Assembly: GCA_051294375.1 (NCBI GenBank)
Contig: JBJCIZ010000028.1
Coordinates: 675,623-739,622 of the forward strand
Direction of reading: 5' to 3'
Length of the DNA stretch: 64,000 nt
Origin: Paraspadella gotoi
Taxonomy: Eukaryota; Animalia; Chaetognatha
Shown: piece after piece, positions 35,229 to 47,600 of the stretch
Position numbering within the stretch: the first letter of the stretch is position 1
How the letters are laid out: every line of letters starts with the position of its first letter
The notes under the pieces: generated by a model
The model's input: the letters and a program-made list of their open reading frames with translations, nothing else
Database searches by the model: none
What the model was told of the DNA's origin: nothing
Translations under genes and position numbers: made by a program

Positions 35229-37146
35229 CGCCTTTGTAGAGTAGGCCGACAGTCTGGTGTCGTTGCTCTGTTCCAGCGCACGGTGCAGCCGGTTCGACGG
35301 AGCTACAGGCGAGGTTGTCGGGAGTCTCTGCTGATCGCCACATAGACCCGTGGGGATCCGTATACCGGGAGATTATCACACTGTCCGTTCAGAGAGGAAC
35401 TGGTGACGGATGCGGCATCCGAGGGGAACGCCTAGTTGGCGGTTGGATCTCCTTCCACGCGATCTTCCGTCAGATCTGGAGACCTTCGGCACGTAGCGCA
35501 TTCGGTTCAGAGTCGCCGAGATATCGATCTTTTAGCCGGAACGACTCAGAGGAGCGAACTGCAGGATCGACATGGTGCGAGCGACCGGTTTACCTTCTCC
35601 TGGAAGGCGGGAGGGCGAACCGGAACAGGAGGGGTGGAACGCACTCGAGGCCCAGATTTGGATTTTGATCGGGCCATTTGTTACTCTTCCTCCACCACTC
35701 TCCTCCGAGCGTGCCAATCCGGAGCTGGAGGTCCGTCAGGGGATCTGTCCTTCTGATCGTGCCCTTTCTGGCCAGCCAGAAGTGTTCCCGTCGTTGTTTG
35801 CCTGAAATTCTGGAGGCTCTCGAAACGCCTTTCGGTCCCAGCGGAGTGGAGCCGTCATCGACCTCAGCACGGATCTCCGCGCCGCAGGCCGACCGTCTCA
35901 AGCTGGTCGTTTGGGCAAGACTTTTCGCGCGGGCGACGACCTCGACGACCTCAGCGACTCGGCCTTCGAATCATCGCCGAGACAAGCTGGAGAGGCTCGA
36001 CGCGAGACTCGTTACGCTCGAGCTTGGAACTCCTTCTGCTCTTTCCTTCAATGTAAGGAAGGTTTGAAGGACTGATGCGTCTCTGACAGGAATTTCGGAG
36101 AGTACCTAGCCCATCTCGTTGGGTTAGGTTGTCGTACAGCACGGTGAACCCTTACCGCTCAGCGATTTCGGCACCTTGCCTGCACATTGGGGTTCGTACT
36201 CGGTGGGAGGAACACGCCTCGTGTCGACTCTTTTCGCTCAAGGGGACCTTCGAGGGGAGTCCCCCTACTCGCCGGATGTTTCTCCGTGGATGCGGCGTTG
36301 GTTTAGGCGTTTTGGACGTCGCGCCTCTCCCATCCGCCGTCCTCCCGCTCACGGTTCTTTCGGCGCTCTCTCTTCTTTTTCTTTTGGCACTCGCTTCGGC
36401 CAGGAGCGTCGCGAAGATAGTTTCGCTCAAGTGTGGATAAGCCCACTGCTCGTCGGCGCGATCATGGGCGTTTTGTTCGTCCAAGCTTTTCCAAGACAGC
36501 ATCGCGTTGGGAGATGGGCCGTCCTTCAGGGTGGACGCCCTGCCGGTTGTCATCGGTGTGCCCATTGCGGCTCTGAGGGAGCTGGCTCGAGTCCGCGAAT
36601 GTTTAGCGCGCGTCTCGCGTTTTTCCTTTTCTGCGCCCGGGTCTTCGCCGCCCTTTATGCCGTTTTCGGCCTCAACGGTTTGCGGCGAATGCCTAAAGGC
36701 GCTCTTGTTTTGGAGGCGAATGTCGCGCTCCGCCAGGATCTACTCGTGCCATGGCGGTCCTCTGGAGCCTTCGTCCCTGGGCGTCGGGGTCTCGGCGTCA
36801 TTCTCAGGGCCGGAGACTTGGTCCGGAGATCAGACCTTCTTGCGCGGGTTACTGCAGCGGACGTCTCATGGGGCGGCTTTCCGTTTGGGCGTGTCTCGGG
36901 ACTAGTGCGCGTCCCCGGCTCGGCAGCAACTTCGAGCAGAGTGATGGCAGCGTCGGGACTGTGTTGGGCCCTGCAGCCAGCCTCTGGCTGACGCTGAGGC
37001 CGGGAGAGTATTTTTTCGTTTGACTTTTGTTTCTGTTTCACATGTCTGGTCACAGCGCGGTGTCCCTCGCTCTTTTGGGGAGACAAAAGGCTAATGTGCG
37101 GGGGGGTTTCGGATAAGAAATCATAATTCCATTCAGAATTACAGAT
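35229..37146 (+). mobile_element. Decayed, 5'-truncated DIRS1-type retrotransposon (RNase H end, methyltransferase-like domain, tyrosine recombinase)
   Basis: IFRQIW...IDLLA, VLLIVPF-ASQ, LSYSTVNPYRSAISA, LKGTF--PP, LLFLLALASARSV and AAFRLGVS match typical DIRS1 MT/YR motifs, with many frameshifts. Confidence 0.8.
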
Positions 37147-37149
37147 TTG

Positions 37150-38005
37150 TTATACACAAGAAAATCCTTTTATAACAATAGAAAGAGAAAAAAGAAAAAG
37201 AGAGAAACAGAGAGAGAGAGAGAGAGAGAGAATTATAGAAAGAGAAACAGAGAGAGGAGAGAGAATTACAATAGAAAGAGGAAAAGAAAAAGAGAGAAAC
37301 AGAGAGAGAGAGAGAGAATTATAGAAAGAGAAACAGAGAGAGAAAGAGAGAATTAAACATAGAAAGAGAGAAAGAAAAAGAGAGAAACAGAGAGAGAGAG
37401 AGAGAGAATTATAGAAAGAGAGAACANNNNNNNNNNNNNNNNNNNNNNNNNAGAGAGAATTATAGAAAGAGAAACAGAGAGAGAGAGAGAGAATTACAAT
37501 AGAAAGAGAGAAAAGAAAAAGAGAGAAACAGAGAGAGAGAGAGAGAATTATAGAAAGAGAAACAGAGAGAGAAAGAGAGAATTACAATAGAAAGAGAGAA
37601 AGAAAAGAGAGAAACAGAGAGAGAGAGAGAGAGAATTATAGAAAGAGAGAAACAGAGAGAGAGAGAGACAATTATAGAAAGAGAGAAACACAGAGAGAGA
37701 GAATTATAGAAAGAGAGAACAGAGAAAGAGAGAGAGAAAGAAAGAGAGAAACAATTATAGAAAGAGAAAGAGTATTATAGAAAGAGAGAGAAACAGAGAG
37801 AGAGGGAGAGAGAGAGAGACAATTATAGAAAGAGAGAAACAGAGAGAGAGAGATAGAATTACAATAGAAAGAGAGAAAAGAAAAGAGAGAAACAGAGAAA
37901 GAGAGAGAGAATTATAGAAAGAGAGAAACAGAGAGAGAGAGAGAGACAATTATAGAAAGAGAGAAACAGAGAGAGAGAGAGAGAAAGAGAGAGAGAATTA
38001 TAGAA
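37150..38005. repeat. Purine-rich satellite (aattatagaaagagagaaacagagagagag); second tract at ~44979-45325
   Basis: Directly visible ~35-45 bp GA-rich units; contains an N gap. Confidence 0.92.
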
Positions 38006-38081
38006 AATCAAAATATATAAAATTATTACACATTTAAACAATTAATTTACATTTTTAAAACAATTCAAATCAAAAGTTTTA

Positions 38082-38205
38082 AAAAATCATTAAAATCAAA
38101 AGTTTCTAAAATCATTAAAATCAAAGTTTCTAAAATCATTAGGAATCAAAGTTTCTAAAATCATAAGGAATCAAAAGTTTCTAAAATCATTTAAAACAAA
38201 AGTTC
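38082..38205. repeat. ~24 bp tandem repeat x5 (copy at ~45403-45530)
   Basis: Unit aaatcattaaaatcaaaagtttct. Confidence 0.85.
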
Positions 38206-38229
38206 TCGTTTTTGCAGTAACCCTTTTTT

Positions 38230-38697
38230 TTACTTTTTATAATATCTTTTAAACTGTCTAATGATTTCTTCCTTCGTGTCTTTTTCATCCTCGACGTAGA
38301 TGTATCTGTAGCCGCACACTTGCTCGAAGTCGTCCTCATCATCGGAGTTATCGACCTCATCTCCGAGGTCTAACCTCCCGTACACACGACGGCGTTCGAG
38401 AAGAACGCCACCCCGTCCGATTTGTTGAGGATTCCGTTTCTCACGTCCCTCCACGATGTTGTGGAGGTAGTGAGGTTTTCCCTTATCACTCTCCGAGTGA
38501 TCCGATACGTCGAGGCTGGATATGTGAAAACAAAAAAAACATTTATTAAAAAAAAAAAATTGCATTTGTATTTAAAAGTGTACATATAGAAAAGAAACAC
38601 AACTCTCACATGTCATCAATTTTGGCGATTTGGTTTTTAAACTTGCCGAGCAAGAATTTTGTCGTAAGTTCGAAAGAAGGCTGCCCGGTGGAGACAC
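38230..38697 (-). CDS. Spliced ORFan (exons 38697-38610 and 38515-38230); copy at 45554-~46023
   Basis: GTGAG...CCAG intron is in phase. Terminal exon LDVSDHSESDKGKPHYLHNIVEGREKRNPQQI is homologous to 34039-33832. Confidence 0.6.
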
Positions 38698-41600
38698 CTG
38701 ACAAAAAAAAACATTGATTTCATTTATTTATTTATTTATTCATTTATTTATTCTTTCGTAAGACAACTAATTTTCTTCGGCCCATAGTTTATAGGCGACG
38801 GCAATCGCGAAGAGTCCGGAGATGTTAACGCTGGCGGCGGTGGCGTCGGCGACAGTTCAGAATGTGAAGAGAGATTTTCTCCTTTGCCTCGTTGCGATTT
38901 TTGTTGTTCATTTTCGGGTTTAGATTCCGTTTTATTGATGTTGAGTTGTTCGTGAAAAGTTTTTTAAAAAAAGTTTAGGTGATCTTTTTTTGCAGGCAGT
39001 TGATGACAAATCTCGCAGTGCTTTGAAATTTCCTCTCTGCATATAGCAGCTATTTTGTCTTTTATTGGTTGATATAATCCTGCTTTTTCTGTTTAAAAAT
39101 TTTTATAGATAAGAGCTTTTTTGATTCTTAAATCGGCCGGCGCTTGTTTTTTCCTCTTCGTCGTCTGATATGTCAGAATAATGAGGATTGGTTGAGGCCA
39201 TGATGTCGCGAATGAGAATGAAAAAGTTTTTTGGCGCGTGCCTCACAAACTTGTGCGCGGTCGTGCAAAATCATTTAGAGCGAAAACATGTTGCGAATCG
39301 GGTCTTCTTACAATTTACATATTTAAGAACGCGCTGGGCGCGCTCTTTCTCTCGTCTGTGCACATACATGGTGCATGCGTGTAAATGCGTGTAACGCTAT
39401 TTATTTATTCTTTTGTAAGACGACTAATTTTCTTCGGCCATAGTTTATAGGCGACGGAGTTCGCGAAGAGTCCGGAAGATGTTACACGCTGGCGGCGGGC
39501 GGTGGGGGCGGCGACAGTTCAGAATGTGGAAGAGAGATTTTCTCCTTGCCTTGTTGCGACGATAAATCCAAGATCGGAGCGGGCGCTGCCTACTAGAAAA
39601 CTCGAACAATGATTAAGGATCAAACGGCATTGTGTGAATAGAGTAGGGTTTTGAAGTTTAAATTAAAGTTGTTATTGATATAACCAGCGGCATTGACGAT
39701 AATAAATTTAAAAGATTTTTCCTAAAAAGTTTTTCATTCTTTTTTTTTTTTTTTGTATTAATATTACAGATTAGTTTCATAGCTAATCAGCAGAGTTATT
39801 TTTAAGCTTGGCGATTCCTGTTTTCTATTCACGGCGGGGGATGTTGGGGGTAAGTCATAAATAGGTTGAATAACATCCATATCAATATGTCTAGTTTTTT
39901 TTATTCGTCTTCTGCTTCTTCTTCAATAGAAATATCCATAATAATGGAGGGAGAGGCGGGGTTTCATTTCAGCGTCTTGCTTTTCTACAGAGATGAGAGA
40001 GCGGCGAGTTAATTGGCATATTGTGGCCCATAAAAACATCAACTTTCAATGGTTGTGTAAGATTTCATAATGGTTGTGAGAAATTTCTTGTTTGGCCGCT
40101 TTGTCTTCGTTGATTTCATTTACAGATGCAAAAATAAATGAGAGATTTAGGAATTTCAGGTAAATTGTTTATTGCCTCTATTCCATTTTTATTTAAAACA
40201 AGTTATAACATTGACAGTCGAGCGTCATCCAGCTTGTTGACAAAACCCATTTACTCGGCCATTATTATTAAAAAAAGTCTTCCACGTAATCTTCCAGGAA
40301 TCACGCTCAGTGCTAGTTAAATCGTTATCGATTGAGTTGCTAAAAGCGGATTTCATGATAAAGGGGATTTGAGGTGTTAGAGTAGGGGTTGTGGAGAAAT
40401 AGAAGACAGATGATTGAATCCGAAGTGGTTGTTTGAATCCAGGAAGAAAATCAGCTCTCTCGACACTCGCGGGAGCAGATAGATTCGATCCGCGTCGTAA
40501 CTATAACGTGTGATGGTCCAAACAATTTTTGTTGTTGTTCATTTCGGGTTAGATTCCGTTTATTGATGTTGAGTTGTTCGTGAAAAGTTTTTAAAACAAG
40601 TTTAGGGTGGATCTTTTTTGCAGGCAGTTGATGACAAATCTCGCAGTGCTTTGAAATTTCCTCTCTGCATATAGCAGCTTTTTGTCTTTTTTGGTTGAGA
40701 TAACTCTCTGCTTTTTTCTGTTTAAAAATTTTTTATAGATAAATCGTCACAAGAAGCTTTTTTTGGATTCTTCCAAATCGGCCGAGCGTTGTTTTTTCGC
40801 TCATTTGTTGTCTGATATGTAGAATAATGGGATTGGTTGAGGCATTGATGTCGCGAATGAGAATGAAAAGTTTTTTGGCGCGTGCCTCAGCAAACTTTGC
40901 GGCAGTCGTGCAAAAATCATTAGAGCGTAAACAGGTTGCGCAAATCGGGGTTTCTTCTTAATTTACATATTTCAGACGCGTCGCGCGCTCTTTCTCTCTC
41001 TATGTGCACATGTGCATGACGTGTAAATGCATGCTAAATAAAGTATTATATATGATAATAATATATATATTCGTTTCGTTTTGCTGATATCTTTGATCCT
41101 ATGTTTATAAATTCAAATAAAACAAGCCCATTTACCCGACAACTTTTCATTGTCGTCACCTATCTCTTAGCACTTAGTTTTTGTCCGCTTTATTCACCCT
41201 TAAAATGATAATAGTTCACAGTGCAAAAGTTTTCCTCGGTTAAACTGGATAAGTGTTTTTCATTGTTTCAACTAATTCTGTCGTTTCACTTCTCCATTTC
41301 AAAAATCTATGGCTTTCCTATTTTTTTCTGTAAAATTAACTCTAAATTAATTAAAACTAACCATATAAAAAGTAATCGCCTCGCCGATGCGCCTCACTGA
41401 TGCTCAAGGCTGGGATCTACAATGGCACTGTCGTCCATGATCCGTTTTTTGATGTCCAGTCGCCTCTTGCGCAGACAAAGCGATCTCATTTTTTAATATA
41501 AAGAGAAAATTAAAACAGAGTCTAACGCTTTCCCTGGACCGACTCGTCGAGGAATCAGTCAACCATGCACGCGCCTGTGGATCTTGAATCGGACAGCCCA

Positions 41601-44600
41601 TGATCCGCAATCTTTTTTGAACAACCCTTCATGTTGATTTGCGTTTCTACTCTTATGGACCCCCTGCACGCGTCGTATCTTATCCTCACACGCGTAGTAC
41701 AACATCCCCTTTTCTACTTTCTCATTTATCTTCTTTTCTCGTACAATTTTAAAGTTCGATGGTTTTAAAGTTTTAAAGTCTGTTGGTTTTTGATATTTCT
41801 TTATCGATAAGAACTGTAAAAACATAGTCATTTTCCACAATATTTAATACTAAAGTATTAACATTTTACAATGTTAATTTGAATCAAAGGACATTATCGA
41901 TTACCTAGCATTAACATACTTCAGTGTCTCTGATCCGAAAAAGAACAATTGGCGACAAAAAAAGTGGCACAAAATGAAAATCGGATCGGCGACACGGGTG
42001 GATCGCGGTCCTTCGGTAAATTTGACCATTCAGAGTTCGAGTCAAATTAAGCATCTCCAATTTGCTAACGCGTTTTTGGTCACCAAAAAATCGGATCGAG
42101 TGCTCGTCTTGACAAAAAAATAGACCAATGAAAAACGACGAAACATTTTCATTGGTCTACGCCCCTATATAAGGGCAAATAAAAAATAAAAAAATTCAAA
42201 ATATAAGATGAAAGAAAAAATATTAAAAATGATAATTAATATTTAAAATCATCAAATAACGTTCTCATATCTCAATATTATCATTAACACAGAAAACGAG
42301 AAAATGAGTTATAAAATTTCACAATGATTAATCTCCAAAGCGAGAACGAAATCAATCAACAGAAAGTCTCGGCGAAAACGCACACAAAGTCAGGGGTCTA
42401 TATCTCGCTTTCCCCAGTTTCGTCATTGTTCCATACAAGACGGTGTTGTCGTCTTTATTACTAGCTCCTGTAATAACTGACGAATCTAATTTAGCCTAAT
42501 ATATTAAAAGAGGATTGAGTATTCATTAATGATTATATTAAGTAACATGAAACAAACGAAAATAAAAACGGGAGAGAATTACAAATTGTTACTCGCCAAA
42601 ATCACGACTAAAGAATTACAAGCGATCGAGAACTAAAAAGCGTTTTGTTTACAATTCAGCGAAGGCCAATACTTTTGTAAATAAAGAAACGAAGCCGAAA
42701 CGAAAACAACTCTTTGATATTCTGACAGTGTCTGATCGGAGGGCCGAACAAATGATTAACCCACTCCATCGCCGCGTTATGTGCGTGCCAAAACCGGAGT
42801 TCTAACGGGGTAGCACCCATGAGAAAAACATCTCGGTCGCACGTAGAGCAAGGAGGACATCAGATCTCCTACGGAGGAACATGCATCCTCTCCACCATGA
42901 TGCGTGAGAAGTAATCCACATCCAGTAAGAAATCTGGGTGAGGGTCGTATGAATGTACTTCGCGAATGTTTTGGGTACATCTGACCGTCGGAATGAACTC
43001 CATCCAGAATCCCAGGATGTCACCCTAACTCTGAGACGGCCCACTGCCATGTCGTCCCAGGAACGGCCAAGCCCAGTGCGAAAGCGTTGCCATCTCTGAG
43101 CAACGCCCATTGTCCAGCAAAACAACGCCGAGAGCTTCGCTCGGCCATGACGAGAAGTATCTCTTCGCCGTGTCGTCGCAGAGACGTAAGTCATACATTC
43201 GTTCCCAGTAATACCCAGGAGTAATCTGCATCCTGGTAATGTTAATGGCCGACTCTGTGGTCAGCATCGAGTCCATAAGCCTCGGGATGGGATACCCATG
43301 GCACCGAACATGAGTCGGTCTGCCATTGAAACGGGTCAGGATGAACTGGGCGTTAGACTTCCCTCGACGCCATAGAACGACTCTATCGAATTCATAGAGC
43401 CGGTGTATTGAAACGGAAGCGCAATTCGTAAAATATCCGTAAGCGAAACTAAAAAAAAATAATTCGAGATTAGGCAGAGGTCACTCCGCAAACAAAACCA
43501 AAACTCAAAGAAAAACGAAAAAAATGTAAACGTAAAACGAAATGATATTTCCAAAAACGCAGCGATCGCTGGCAAGAAGAACGCAAAAATTCAAAAATCT
43601 CCAATGATACAAAAATTCCAGAAAATATACCATCTCGGAGGGATGGATGACCGCATCCATCAAATGCAACGAGACAGTCCGTTTTTCATTGGAGGCCTTC
43701 GGACCCTCCGGAAATGTGTAAAAAAATTAAAAATTTATCGAAAGGTCATTATTTATTTAAAAAATGTATTTCTGCCCCTACATTCGACAAACGTCATATA
43801 TAGCGACAAAGAGAAAATTCTATAGCGCATTCTCGTCGATATGCAGGGGAAACCAGGTTTATCCTCTAACCTAATTTATAAATATCATACGGATTAACGT
43901 CTACGTCGACGTCGCTTCACGTGAAACGAAGGGTCGAGTTTAACATCTACACGCGCAGATGTGAGACTACCCGGGGAATACCCACTTAAATACTTATAAT
44001 TATCACTTACATATACATACAAATATCACTCACCCAACCCCACTTAAGCAGCGGTAGCGCACAGAAACTGGGGACCGAACAAATCGATGCCACCATGTCA
44101 CTATACTCTAGCTACGAGATAGTTTTCTGACGAATTCTCTTGGCCTATATTAAAACACAGGGGTTTTTTAATATCTATTGTAATATATAGTTCAACAGAT
44201 ACAAAATAATATTTAAAGGGAAACGTTTCCTTCGGAGCCACGGCTAAACTACCCAGTTTACAGGACAGAATCGGCGAAGTACAATATGTTTACAAATAAT
44301 CACTTTTACATTTACAATTGGCTGAAAGGTAAAGAAAGGAAAAATACAGAACCGACATTTGATTCGGTTGCACCTCGATATTCTGACAGAATCACAAACG
44401 GAGAATTTGTCGAGCCAATCGGGTTGCGAGGCAGCGAACCTCCCTGGACTCGATCGTCGACACCGTCTGCGCCAACCAACGCGATAGGAGAGAATTTCTG
44501 ACAACCAGCTGGTTGCGAACGCCAATTTTTGCGCCACTCGATCATCTCATTTTCCCGGCCAACTGAAATGGGCGAGAATTTTGAAAAACCAATGAGCATT

Positions 44601-47600
44601 TACCTACCCCCCCGGCTGCCGTCGATGCCTTTGTCGACTGTGCCGACGTATCACGAGAAGTGAAAATTTTGAAAACCAATTGGAAGGCAGGATGCCTCGC
44701 CTTTTAATCGGTAAATCTAAGAATTTGGAAATTCTCAGAAAAGCTTAGCGTCAGTATAAAAGGTCGTTATAGACAAATTTTCCTTTTTTTTTTAAATGGG
44801 AGAGAGAGTGACAAACTTGTCACGTGACTCGCTCCGCGGTCAATTGAATCCGAGTCCACCAAACTTTCTATAGTCGAATATAACTGCGTTAAAAGCATCA
44901 CCGGAGAGAGAGGGAATGATGATGATTAACCCCCCTATCCCTTTCACCTTGGCTATTCCCGGGGCCTCCTTCTCTCTCTGAGAGAGAGAGAGACAATTAT
45001 AGAAAGAGAGAAACACAGAGAGAGAGAATTATAGAAAGAGAGAAACAGAGAAAGAGAGAGAGAAAGAAAGAGAGAAACAATTATAGAAAGAGAAAGAGTA
45101 TTATAGAAAGAGAGAGAAACAGAGAGAGAGGGAGAGAGAGAGAGACAATTATAGAAAGAGAGAAACAGAGAGAGAGAGATAGAATTACAATAGAAAGAGA
45201 GAAAAGAAAAAGAGAGAAACAGAGAGAGAGAATTATAGAAAGAGAGAAACAGAGAGAGAGAGAGAGACAATTATAGAAAGAGAGAAACAGAGAGAGAGAG
45301 AGAGAAAGAGAGAGAGAATTATAGAAAATCAAAATATATAAAATTATTACACAATTTAAACAATTAATTTACATTTTTAAAACAATTCAAATCAAAAGTT
45401 TTAAAAAATCATTAAAATCAAAAGTTTCTAAAATCATTAAAATCAAAAGTTTCTAAAATCATTAGGAATCAAAAGTTTCTAAAATCATAAGGAATCAAAA
45501 GTTTCTAAAATCATTTAAAACAAAAGTTCTCGTTTTTGCAGTAACCCTTTTTTTTACTTTTTATAATATCTTTTAAACTGTCTAATGATTTCTTCCTTCG
45601 TGTCTTTTTCATCCTCGACGTAGATGTATCTGTAGCCGCACACTTGCTCGAAGTCGTCCTCATCATCGGAGTTATCGACCTCATCTCCGAGGTCTAACCT
45701 CCCGTACACACGACGGCGTTCGAGAAGAACGCCACCCCGTCCGATTTGTTGAGGATTCCGTTTCTCACGTCCCTCCACGATGTTGTGGAGGTAGTGAGGT
45801 TTTCCCTTATCACTCTCCGAGTGATCCGATACGTCGAGGCTGGATATGTGAAAACAAAAAAAACATTTATTAAAAAAAAAAAAATTGCATTTGTATTTAA
45901 AAGTGTACATATAGAAAAGAAACACAACTCTCACATGTCATCAATTTTGGCGATTTGGTTTTTAAACTTGCCGAGCAAGAATTTTGTCGTAAGTTCGAAA
46001 GAAGGCTGCCCGGTGGAGACACCTGACAAAAAAAAACATTGATTTCATTTATTTATTTATTTATTCATTTATTTATTCTTTCGTAAGACAACTAATTTTC
46101 TTCGGCCCATAGTTTATAGGCGACGGCAATCGCGAAGAGTCCGGAGATGTTAACGCTGGCGGCGGTGGCGTCGGCGACAGTTCAGAATGTGAAGAGAGAT
46201 TTTCTCCTTTGCCTCGTTGCGATTTTTGTTGTTCATTTTCGGGTTTAGATTCCGTTTTATTGATGTTGAGTTGTTCGTGAAAAGTTTTTTAAAAAAAGTT
46301 TAGGTGATCTTTTTTTGCAGGCAGTTGATGACAAATCTCGCAGTGCTTTGAAATTTCCTCTCTGCATATAGCAGCTATTTTGTCTTTTATTGGTTGATAT
46401 AATCCTGCTTTTTTCTGTTTAAAAATTTTTATAGATAAGAGCTTTTTTGATTCTTAAATCGGCCGGCGCTTGTTTTTTCCTCTTCGTCGTCTGATATGTC
46501 AGAATAATGAGGATTGGTTGAGGCCATGATGTCGCGAATGAGAATGAAAAAGTTTTTTGGCGCGTGCCTCACAAACTTTGCGCGGTCGTGCAAAATCATT
46601 AGAGCGTAAAACATGTTGCGCAATCGGGTTCTTCTTAATTTACATATTTAAGACGCGCGGGCGCGCTCTTTCTCTCTCTGTGCACATACATGTGCATGCG
46701 TGTAAATGCGTGTAAACGCTATTTATTTATTCTTTTGTAAGACGACTAATTTTCTTCGGCCCATAGTTTATAGGCGACGGAGTTCGCGAAGAGTCCGGAG
46801 ATGTTAACGCTGGCGGCGGCGGTGGGGGGACAGGATTAGAAGTGAAGAGAGATTTTCTCCTTTGCCTTGTTGCGACGAATAAATCCAAGAATCGAGCGGG
46901 CGCTCCTCCAAAAATCTCGACAATGATAAGGATCAAACGGCATTGTGTGAATAGAGTAGGGTTTGAAGTTTAAATTAAAGTTGTTATTGATATAACCAGC
47001 GGCATTGACGATAATAATTTTAAAGATTTTCCTAAAAAGTTTTTTCATTCTTTTTTTTTTTTTTTTTTGTATATAATATTACATGATTAGTTTCATACTA
47101 ATCAGAGCAGTTTATTTTTAAGCTTTGGCGATTCCGTTTTCTATTCCGGCGGGGGAGTTGGGGGTAAGTCATAAATAGGTTGAATAACATCCATATCAAT
47201 AAGTTCTAGTTTTTTTATCGTCTTCTGCTTCTTCTTCAATAGAAATATCCATAATAATGGAGGGAGAGCGGGGTTTCATTTCAGCGTCTTTTCTACAGAG
47301 ATGAGAGAGGGCGAGTTAATTGGCATATTGTGGCCCATAAAAACATCAACTTTCAATGGTTGGTAGATCTTCTAATGGTTGTAGAAATTTTCTTGTTGTC
47401 CGCTTTGTCTTCGTTGATTCATTTACAAGATCAAAATAAATGAGAGATTTAGGAATTTCAGGTAAATGTGTTATTGCCTCTAGTTCCATTTTTAATTTAA
47501 ACAGTTATAACATGACAGTCGACGTCATCCACTTGTTGACAAAACCATTTACTTCGCCATATTTAAAAAAAAGTCTTCCACGTAATCTTCCAGGAAATCA

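Noticed and set aside
37147-38041. SLSL/ERER ORFs (also 44953-45332, 17163-17768)
   Set aside because: They are translations of GA/CT satellites.
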